Assembly (NCBI GenBank): GCA_002269645.1 | Contig: NIVC01001249.1 | Span: 162,654-226,653 of the forward strand | DNA: 64,000 bases | Reading direction: 5' to 3' | Source of the DNA: Macrostomum lignano | Taxonomy: Eukaryota | Part shown: piece after piece, positions 12,721-23,500 of the stretch | Numbering within the stretch: the stretch's first letter is position 1 | How the letters are laid out: every line of letters begins with the position of its first letter | Notes under the pieces: model-generated | The model's input: only the letters and a program-made list of their open reading frames with translations | Database searches by the model: none | What the model was told of the DNA's origin: nothing | Position numbers and translations under genes: made by a program

Positions 12721-15700
12721 ATGGGCGGAGGTCGTCGAGCTCCAGACGCGGTGTCGGCCTACGCCGGCTTCCTCAGTGGCGCCACGGTTCGCGCGCTGCT
12801 GCAGCCGCTGGACGTGATCAAGATCAGGTGGCAACTGCAGCTGGAGTCCATCAGCAGACGGGGTGACGGCGGCACCTACCAGAGCCTGCCGCAGACTGTG
12901 GGCCGAATCCTACGGGAGGAAGGCGCTCGAGCACTGTGGAAGGGTCACGTGCCCTGCCAGGTGGTGTCGGTGCTGTTCAACTCGGTGCAGTTTTACACCT
13001 TCGAGCGCAGCGGGCCGCCAGTTCGGGAGCTGCTCGGAGGCGGCAGCGACTTTGGTGCAGACTTTGTGTGCGGCGGCATCTCTGGGGTAGCGGCGGCGCT
13101 GAGCTGCCACCCGTTCGACACCTTGCGGACACGGCTGATTGGGCAGAGCGAGAAGAACCGCGTGTACTCTGGTCTGGTGCACGCTGTGACCCACATGTGG
13201 CGGTCGGAGGGTCCGCGTGTGTTCTTCCAGGTGGGTCACTGATTGGCGTGTGTGTTCTTCCAGGTGGGTCACTGATTGGCGTGTGTGTTCTTCCAGGTGG
13301 GTCACTGATTGGCGTGTGTGTTCTTCCAGGTGGGTCACTGATTGGCGTGTGTTCTTCCAGGTGGGTCACTGATTGGCGTGTGTTCTTCCAGGTGGGTTAC
13401 TGATTAGTGTGATCTTCCAGATGGGTCACTGATTAGTGTGTTCTTCCAGGTGGGTCCCTGATTAGTGTGTTCTTCCAGGTGGGTCACTGATTGGTGTGTT
13501 TTCTTCCAGGTGGGTCACTGATTGGTGTGTGTTCTTCCAGGTGGGACACTGATTGCTGTGTTTTCTTCCAGGTGGGTCACTGATTGGCGTGTGTTCTTCC
13601 AGGTGGGTCACTGATTAGTGTGTTCTTCCAGCTGGGTCACTGACTGGTGTGTGTTCTTCCAGGTGGGTCACTGATTGGTGTGTTTTCTTCCAGGTGGGTC
13701 ACTGATTGCTGTGTGTTCTTCCAGGTGTGACACGGATCGGTGTGTACTATGTTTCATTGGCTTTCCACGTTACATACTGGCCCTGTGGGTCAGAGTGGCC
13801 CTGTGCCGTAGCAAATCTGCAGTCTAATATCTTGCTCCATCACTTTGCCGCAGGGCCTGGGCCCCAACCTAGCCATGATGGCCGGTCAGTCCAGTGTGCA
13901 CTTTGCCGTCTACCACGGCCTGCGCCGCCTCCTGAACGACGTCGACGGCAGTGTCGGCAGCAGCGGGGGCGACGCCCTGACGGCAGGTTTCGCGGCCGGC
14001 GTGGCAGCCAAGTCGGTAGTTTATCCGCTGGACGTGCTGAAGAAGCGCCAGCAGGTCCGCGGCTTCGAGGCTGCCCGACTCTGCTTTGGCCGGGTGCAGG
14101 TGAGGCTGGAGCTGGTATGGTAGTCATATCCCAGTCACATCCCAGTCACATGCCAGTCACATTCCAGTCGCATGACAGTCACTTCAATCACAGGTATGCC
14201 ACATCCCAGTCACAGATAAGCCACATCCCAGTCACAGGAAAGCCACATCCCAGTCACAGGTAAGCCACCTCCGAGTCACAGATAAGTGACATCCCAGTCA
14301 CAGCTCAGTCACATCGCAGTCTCAGATAAGCCACATCCAAGTCACAGATAAGCCACATCCAAGTCACAGATAAGCCACATCCAAGTCACAGGTAAGCCAC
14401 CTCCGAGTCACAGATAAGTGACATCCCAGTCACAGCTCAGTCACATCGCAGTCTCAGATAAGCCACATCCAAGTCACAGATAAGCCACATCCCAGTCACA
14501 GGAAAGCCACATCCCAGTCACAGGTAAGCCACCTCCGAGTCACAGATAAGTGACATCCCAGTCACAGCTCAGTCACATCGCAGTCTCAGATAAGCCACAT
14601 CCAAGTCACAGATAAGCCACATCCAAGTCACAGATAAGCCACATCCAAGTCACAGGTAAGCCACCTCCGAGTCACAGATAAGTGACATCCCAGTCACAGC
14701 TCAGTCACATCGCAGTCTCAGATAAGCCACATCCAAGTCACAGATAAGCCACATCCCAGTCACAGGAAAGCCACATCCCAGTCACAGGTAAGTCACATCC
14801 AAGTCACAGATAAGCCACATCCCAGTCACAGATAAGTGACATCCCAGTCACAGATAAGTGACATCCCAGTCACAGGTAAGCCACATCCAAGTCACAGGTA
14901 AGCCACATCCCAGTCACAGGTAAGTCACATCCCAGTCACAGGTAAGCCACATCCCAGTCACAGATAAGTCACATCCCAGTCACAGATAAGTCACATCCCA
15001 GTCACAGATAAGTCACATCCCAGTCACAGGAAAGCCACATCCCAGTCACAGGTAAGCCACATCCCAGTCACAGGTAAGCCACATCCCAGTCACAGGAAAG
15101 CCACATCCCAGTCACAGGTAAACCACATCCAAGTCACAGGTAAGCCACATCCCAGTCACAGGTAAGCCACATCCCAGTCACAAATAAGCCACATCCCAGT
15201 CACAGATAAGTCACATCCCAGTCACAGATAAGTCACATCCCAGTCACAGGAAAGCCACATCCCAGTCACAGGTAAGCCACATCCCAGTCACAGATAAGTC
15301 ACATCCCAGTCACAGGAAAGCCACATCCCAGTCACAGGTAAGCCACATCCCAGTCACAGGTTAGTCACATCCCAGTCACAGGTAAGCCACATCCCAGTCA
15401 CAGGTAAGCCACATCCCAGTCACAGGTAAGCCACATCCCAGTCACAGGTAAGCCACATCTTAGTCACAGGTAAGCCACATCCCAGTCACAGGTAAGCCAC
15501 ATCTTAGTCACAGGTAAGCCACATCCCAGTTACACCTGAGCCTGCCACAGCTCATCCAGTGCCCCCAATTCGCTGCTCAAACCGCAGACTCCGGCCAGTC
15601 GCTGGGCCGCTGCCTACGCAGCCGACATGATTCGCCGAGAAGGCCCCACCGCGCTGTTCAAAGGCTTCGTTCCCGCTGCCATGAAGTCTGGTCTGGTTAC

Positions 15701-15758
15701 TGGGCTCACGTTTTACACCTATGAGGCCTATGTGGCCCTGCTGGTTGATAAACGCTAA
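12721..15758 (+). CDS. SLC25A19: SLC25A19-like carrier, copy 4, type-B 3' half; exons 12721-13230, 13854-14099, 15588-15758; 308 aa
   Basis: Exon 1 matches copies 2-3. Exon 2 reads GLGPNLAMMAGQS...[26 protein letters not shown]. Exon 3 (hand-translated, absent from the ORF track) reads TPASRWAAAYAADMIRREGPTALFKGFVPAAMKSGLVTGLTFYTYEAYVALLVDKR*. Phase-0 GT/AG introns at the same positions as type A. Confidence 0.82.
14122..15530. repeat. 22-bp minisatellite (G/A)TAAGCCACATCCCAGTCACAG with 132-bp higher-order repeat, type-B intron 2
   Basis: Variant CCTCCGAG recurs at 14268, 14400, 14532, 14664 (period 132 = 6x22). Confidence 0.95.
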
Positions 15759-16004
15759 ACAGGCACATGGTGGGGCGAATCCCGTCCTGATTTTAGTTTG
15801 TTGCAAATTTCACTACTAATACTACTTTATAGTAATATTTCAAAAACCCTTGCCTTTAGAAGCTTTTTTCCAGCTGTTTCTTTTGTCTTTCGTTTAGAAG
15901 TTGGCGCCTAAATTCCTATGATAAAAATGAAAGTTTAAATAGTCACTCGTGTACTTCTGTTTCGGTTTTTGTCCAGGATTTCTTTGACGGAATTGTGCAC
16001 GTTC

Positions 16005-16290
16005 AGGAGCGGATTGGGGGCGGATGTTCAGGAGCGGATTGGGGGCGGATGTTATTGAGCGGATTGGGGGCGGATGTTATTGAGCGGATTGGGGGCGGAT
16101 GTTATTGAGCGGATTGGGGGCGGATGTTATTGAGCGGATTGGGGGCGGATGTTCAGGAGCGGAATGGGCGGATATTCAGGAGCAGATTGGGGGCGGATGT
16201 TCAGGAGCGGATTGGGGGCGGATGTTCAGGAGCGGATTGGGGGCGGATATTCAGGAGCGGATTAGGGGCGGATGTTCAGGAGCGGATTTG
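16005..16290. repeat. 25-bp minisatellite GGAGCGGATTGGGGGCGGATGTTCA
   Basis: Period 25 (16021, 16046, 16071...). Confidence 0.9.
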
Positions 16291-17004
16291 GATTCTCACT
16301 GTAGACTGTAAGGTGTAGATTTGCAAAGTCTACAAAGTCTATTTCTTGCGTCTTTGCAATGATCTTTCTTGGCTGAAATTTCATGAAACTTTGCTGTGGT
16401 TTTTTTTGTAAATTCATTAGTTATTTCGAATGCTTCAAATATATATTGTATTGCTAGATTCTTTTTTTAAATAAAAAACATACAGTTAACACAATTTTTT
16501 TCTGATTTTTGTAAAGCAAAAAAAAACAGTTTGCGCATTTATTTGTCCCAGCTACTAGCAGTAGTATGCTTGGTTAAAGTTTAGTTAAAGCGTAAAAGTT
16601 GTTGATGTTTGATGTTAGCTTAAGAGTGCATAAAAGCAATTGAAAAAACGCATTGCAGACACTTTTGTTCCAATCGCATTGGAAAAATTATGATGACTTT
16701 TGACAAGCGAAGGTGTAAAGCTGATTAAAGATTCAAAATATGTACACAACAGTTCTTAAAAAAGTATTAGTAGTGCTAATATATAAGCTGCTATGTCAGT
16801 CGCGCTTATCAGAACCCGGAGCAAATTATCACGCTTCTCTCATGGACTTTCAATTCAACCTTCACGGTCTCCGGAATCTGTGGGCGGATTTTATAATGGT
16901 TGGTGAGCGTTTGAAATATTACTGGCGAATGATGGAGTCTAATGGGATGAGCGCGTATGGGGGGATTACAGGATCTGTTGAATTATGAAAACTAGAAAAT
17001 TATG

Positions 17005-17455
17005 CAATTCGGGGGATTTAGGAAACCAGGGGAATTATTAAATCTAAGGAATTATAAAAATCTAGGGGAATTATGAAATCCGGGGGATTTTAGCATCCGG
17101 GGATTTAGGAAACCAGGGGAACTATTAAATCTAAAAAATTATAAAAATCTAGGGGAATTATGAAATCCGGGGGAATTATAAAAATCTGGGGGAATTATGA
17201 AATCCGGGGGAATTATAAAAATCTGGGGGAATTATGAAATCCGGAGGAAATTATGAAATCCTGAGTATTGTGAAATTATTGCAATTATGAAATCAGAGGG
17301 AATTATGAAATCCGGGGGAATTATGAAATCCGGGGGAATTATGAAATCCGGGGAATTATGAAATCCGGGGGAATTATGAAATCCAGGGGAACTATGAAAT
17401 CCAGGGGAATTATGAAATCCAGGGTATTTATAAAATCTAGGGGAATTATGAACCC
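17005..17455. repeat. Degenerate ~20-bp minisatellite GGGGAATTATGAAATCCG
   Basis: Visible tandem units just 3' of the CELF stop. Confidence 0.85.
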
Positions 17456-17521
17456 CTTAGTAATAAAAGGGAGTAATGCAACCTCACTAATGAATGGTTT
17501 GAGAAGCTGCTCACGTCTCAG

Positions 17522-20500
17522 TCAGTATGACCTGGCCTCAGCCTTCGGCCGCTTCAGCTGCACCTTGAGCCGCTTGCAGCCCACCTGGAAGCCGTTCATG
17601 GCCTGGATGGCCAAGGCGGCAGAGGTGGCATTGTCGAAGCTGACAAAGCCGAAGCACTTGCTCTGGCTGGTGGCCCGGTCAATGTACACCTTGGCGGAGA
17701 TCACCGTGCCGAATGGGGCGAACATCTGGGCGAGTTCGCAGTCGCCAAACTCGGCGGGCAGATGATAGATGAACAGGTTGGCAGCGTCTGGCCCGGTGAG
17801 AATGAAGTCGCTGGAGCCGTCCTTGTGCTGCACCGGCATTGTGATGGCGCGCTGGGCGATGGCCGCGGCCGAGATGGCCGGGTAGGCCGATGGGTACGCG
17901 GCTGCTGGTGGGTGGCAGGTGCGGGATGGGGTGAGAAAATTTCCTATCGTTCGTTTCGAGTGGCAACATCCGGTGGACATTAAAGTACACAGGTGGACAT
18001 TATGGCACACAGGTGGACATTATGGCACACAGGTGGACATTATGGCACACAGGTGGAAATTATGACACACAGGCGGACATTATGACACACAGGTGTACAT
18101 TCAAGCACACAGGCGGACATTATGGCACACAGGTGGACATTATGGCACACAGGTGGACATTATGACACACAGGTGGACATTATGGCACACAGGTGGACAT
18201 TATGGCACACAGGTGGACATTATGGTACACAGGTGGACATTATGGCACACAGGTGGACATTATGGCACACAGGTGGACATTATGGTACACAGATGGACAT
18301 TCAAGCACACAGGTGGACATTATGGTACACAGATGGACATTCAGGCACACAGGTGGACATTATGGCACACAGGTGGACATTCAGGCACACAGGTGGACAT
18401 TCAAGCACACAGGTGAACATTCAGGCACACAGGTGGATATTCAGGCACGCAGGTGGACATTGTGGCACACAGGTGGACATTCAGGCACACAGGTGGACAT
18501 TATGGCACGTAGGTGGACATTGTGATACACAGGTGGACATTCAAGCACACAGGTGAACATTCAGGCACACAGGTGGACATTCAGGCACACAGGTGGATAT
18601 TCAGGCACACAGGTGGACATTCAGGCACACAGGTGGATATTCAAGCACACAAACATGAACATATACTAGTACATATCCTTAAGATAGCAAACGCATTATA
18701 CAACGCAGGCAATCAAGCATCTCTCACCCATAGATGCAAACGGATGCATAGTGGCCGAGTACATGGCGTGCATTGGCTCAGAACCTACAATTGGAAAGTT
18801 TAGGAAACGGATCTTATGTACGTGCATTGGTAATTGGGATTATCTAGAAATGGGAGAATTGGGATTGATTATCTGGGGAATTGGGATTGATTATCGACGG
18901 AATCGGGATTGATTATCTGGGAAATTGGCATTGATTATCTGGGGAATTGGGATTGATTATCTGGGGAATTGGGATTTATTATCTGGGGAATTGAGATTGA
19001 TTATCTGGGGAATTGAGATTGATTATCTGGGGAATTGAGATTGATTAACTGGGGAATTGAGATTGATTATCTGGGGAATTGGCATTGATTTTTTGGGGAA
19101 TTGGGATTGATTATCGGCGGAATCGGGATTGATTATCTGGGGAATCGGGATTGATTATCGGCGGAATCGGGATTGATTATCTGGGGAATCGGATTGATTA
19201 TCGGCGGAATCGGGATTGATTATCTGGGGAATCGGGATTGATTATCGGCGGAATCGGGATTGATTATCTGGGGAATCGGGATTGATTATCTGGGGAATCG
19301 GGATTGATTATCGGCGGAATCGGGATTGATTATCTGGGGAATCGGGATTGATTATCGGCGGAATTGGGATTGATTATCTGGGGAATTGGGATTGATTATC
19401 TGGGGAATTGGGATTGATTATCTGGGGAATTGGGATTGATTATCTGGGGAATTGGGATTGATTATCTGGGGAATTGGGATTGATTATCTGGGGAATTGGG
19501 ATTGATTATCTGGGGAATTGAGATTGATTATCTGGGGAATTGAGATTGATTATCTGGGGAATTGGGATTGATTATCTGGGGAATTGGGATTGATTATCTG
19601 GGGAATTGGGATTGATTATCTGGGGAATTGGGATTGATTATCTGGGGAATTGGGAGTTATTAACTTGGTGGCTAGTATTCCCCCGTCAGAGGATTGGGGA
19701 TTTACAGTGGGCTTCAGTATCAAATATCTCAGCCGATATGTATCGAAAATGCATTTCACTCACTATTAAAAAATGCATTCGAAGCGCCACCGTTGGAGGT
19801 GAAAATCTGCGACTGGTCAGGCGGGCTGCCCGGGTTCCCGGCGGCAACAAGAGCGGTCGGCAGCTGCAGATGGTGCGGCGGTGGCGGAGGCGGCGGGACG
19901 GACATCGGCGCCTGAAGCTGCGGTGGTGCGCCAAGGCCGGCCAAAGCTGATTGAGGACTCTGCAGGCCTGGCAGTGCCTGATGGTGTTGCTGCTGCTGCT
20001 GCTGCTGCTGAGCAGCCTGAAGCTGCACAGCGAGTGCCGCCATGGGGTTCACGTAGCCGGAGCTCTGCTGCAGCTGGTTCTGCTGCACCAGTGATGGGAT
20101 TAATTTGGGATCATGTATGGGATTCCAATCCCATATATTGGGATTCCTATGTTGATAGGACCAACATGGGATCACAGATAGGGTCACAGATGGATTAATT
20201 AGGGCTCGTAGGTTGAATCAATTTAGGATTGTAGATGGGATCAATTTGGGATCATAGTTGGGATCAATTTTGGATCATAGATGGGATCAATTTGGGATCA
20301 TAGATAGGATCAATTCGGGATCATAGATGGGATCAATTTGGGATCATAGATGGGATCAATTTTGGATCATAGATGGGATCAATTTTGAATCATAGATAGG
20401 ATCAATTCGGGATCATAGATGGGATCAATTAGGGATCATAAATGGGATCAACTAGATCGTAGATGGGACCAATTTGGAATCCTAGATTTGATCAATTGAG

Positions 20501-23500
20501 GATCATAGATTAGATGCGTTGAGGATTGTAGACAGGGATTAGTATCAATTTTGATGGGGTGGGATCACAAATATTGGATCAATATGGAATTTCAGATGGG
20601 ATCAATTTGATAACGGCATAAAAACGGCATCAATGTGGGATCAGGGAAGATGGGATCAAGCTAGGACCCAGCACATCCCGAATCTCATATCCTGTCTCCC
20701 TACTCACCTGCAACAGGTGCGACTGTCCTCCAGCGGCCGCCATGTGCTGCCCGATCCCGAAGCCGGGGCTGTAGGCGCTTAGCGGCCCCACAGTCTGCTG
20801 CAGCTTGCGGATCTGCCGCTCCCGCTCGTTGTCGGCGAATTTCACCACAATGGAGCTGGTGGCCCCCTGCGGTGCAGTAATGTGAGATAGAAGTTCAATA
20901 CTTGTCATACGTACTACTGTCACTTGGAATTGTTCAGTAGTATGACGGGACTGTGGTTGAACGGTTGATTGAATGCTTTAGGGAGGCATCTATAGGGAAT
21001 GATTCAGGGAAGCAGTGAACAATGATTCAGGGAAGCAGTGAACAATGATTCAGGGAAGCAGTGAACAATGATTCAGGGAAGCAGTGAACAATGATTCAGG
21101 GAAGCAGTGAAGAATGATTCAGGGAACTAGTGAAGAATGATTCAGGGAAGCAGTGAAGAATAATTCAGGGAACTAGTGAAGAATGATTCAGGGAAGCAGT
21201 GAAGAATAATTCAGGGAACTAGTGAAGAATGATTCAGGGAACTGGTGAAGAATAATTCAGGGAACTGGTGAAGAATAATTCAGGGAACTGGTGAAGAATA
21301 ATTCAGGGAACTAGTGAAGAATGATTCAGGGAAGCAGTGAAGAATGATTCAGGGAAGCAGTGAAGAATGATTCAGGGAAGCAGTGAACAATGATTCAGGG
21401 AAGCAGTGAAGAATGATTCAGGGAAGTAGTGAAGAATGATTCAGGGAAGCAGTAAAGAATGATTCAGGGAAGCAGTAAATAATGATTCAGGGAAGTAGTG
21501 AAGAATGATTCAGGGAAGCAGTGAAGAATAATTCAGGGAACTAGTGAAGAATGATTCAGGGAACTGGTGAAGAATAATTCAGGGAACTGGTGAAGAATAA
21601 TTCAGGGAACTGGTGAAGAATAATTCAGGGAACTAGTGAAGAATGATTCAGGGAAGCAGTGAAGAATGATTCAGGGAAGCAGTGAAGAATGATTCAGGGA
21701 AGCAGTGAAGAATGATTCAGGGAAGTAGTGAAGAATGATTCAGGGAAGCAGTAAAGAATGATTCAGGGAAGCAGTAAATAATGATTCAGGGAAGTAGTGA
21801 AGAATGATTCAGGGAAGCAGTAAAGAATGATTCAGGGAACTAGTGATCGTAGCATCTCACCGGCATAGTCTGACTGCCGTGCAGAGTGTTGATAGCATTC
21901 TGAGCCTGAATATGGGCGGAGAACTTGATGAAGGCGCAGCCTTTGCTGTTGCCATGCTGGTCGCGCAGCACGGTGATTTCCTCAATGCAGCCGAACGGTT
22001 CGAACAGCTTTCGAACATCGGATTCGGACTGCTGTTTGGACAGCATCCCGACAAACAGCTTGCAGTCGTCTGCGAGCGGTGAAAATAAACATTTTCATTA
22101 TTTTATATTGCGTTCTTTCTACTTACAGTAAAGCAACAAGAAAAAGTACTACTATTTTTGTTCTGGAAATAAAGAATAATGAATAATGTTAACAATTTCA
22201 TGGCTGACTATTTAAACTCTGGATACTATTTAAAATCTAGTCTAAATCCGGGATATTGGAATGGGATTTGAGAATTTACTTTACTACGAGACTTACCCTC
22301 GTGCCCGGGCACTGTGGCGAGCTGGTGCTGAATGAGCCGAATTTTACTACTATTATTATTGTTATTATGCATACTACTAATATTATAACTATTCGTAGCG
22401 CAGGATTTGTAGTTGTTGCTAAGCGGCTTGGCTCCGAAGCCTGCATCAGCCAGGCCCAGCTTACTGGCATAATAAGGGAACTCGGGTTCCATGCACCCTG
22501 TCGGTTTGCCCGCGGCCTGGCAAGTCAACGACGTCGAAGGCGACGGCAATGGCATCTGGTGGTTGTGCTGCAGATAATATGGATGCTGATACTGCTGCTG
22601 GCTGATGGTCTCCGCTATCATGGTGGCTTAAGCTTTCAACTTCGCTTTCAATCGCTTTCAAAAGAGATTCTGTCTGAAGCTCCTGATCCAGCAGGCCCTC
22701 CTCGAGATTTTATAAGGTGGGGGAGAAGGCAGGAGAGAATAGAGAGACAAGGGACTCCGGCGGGGAGGGTGGGGTGGGTGAGTGGCGGGATAGGCCGGAA
22801 AACGATAAACAACCCCCTCCCCCCCATTCAGCAGCCCCCTCTGCCCCTATTCCGGGTGGATTGGCGGGAAATGAAAAGCGCCGTCCCGCCACCCCCCACC
22901 AGCCAGACCCTCAACCCCCCCCCATGTGCCGACCTCACTCGCGCGGGCCCTCAGACCCCCTCAGTCAGAAAGGAAGGAAGACGTCAGTGAAGTGCGTGCG
23001 TGTCAGCTTATTTTGCCTTTAATTATTTTCTCTTTTACTCATTTAGCTAGGGGGAGAATGTTAATCTCAACAACGTCTGTCACTCGTTAGTTTTAGTTAG
23101 AGTTCGTAAACTACTGCACAACTGTCAACTATATGTATTTTACATCGAGTTTTCAGACTCGATTTCTCATTAATTTTTAGGACCTGACAGTTTCCCTGAC
23201 ACGTGAACTCCCAAGTCCTCTCTCAAGATGAGAAAAGATTGAACAAAATACATATTAGTTAATTAGGAACTAATGTCATGAAAGAGAAAACTCGGATTTC
23301 CATTTACTGACTGCATTAAACTAAATGCGGAATCTCCGGTTCAATCAACTATTCCAAATTTAACTGCTTTACTAATTAACCGATTCACCGATTCATTCAC
23401 TCGCCATTCACAGATTCCTTCACTGATCCCGATTGATCTATTCACTCACTGAATCACCGATTAACTCACTAAATCACCAATTCACTCACTAAATCACCGA

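Larger units (their letters stand above)
1..13230 (+). repeat. Head-to-tail gene-containing tandem duplication, unit 4121 bp, more than 3 units, probably extending left of the window
   Basis: ORF track and sequence recur at +4121 (3948/8069/12190; 1035/5156/9277; ATG 4479/8600/12721). Confidence 0.95.

Noticed and set aside
368-12834. Overlapping and antisense ORFs across the carrier exons and the 15-bp repeat (e.g. WLAAG, WLLVG ORFs)
   Set aside because: Shadow frames of GC-rich coding sequence or stop-free repeat frames.
22256-22990. 244-aa plus-strand ORF inside CELF intron 3
   Set aside because: Antisense shadow of the alternative exon plus GC-rich DNA; no recognisable domain or splice signals.
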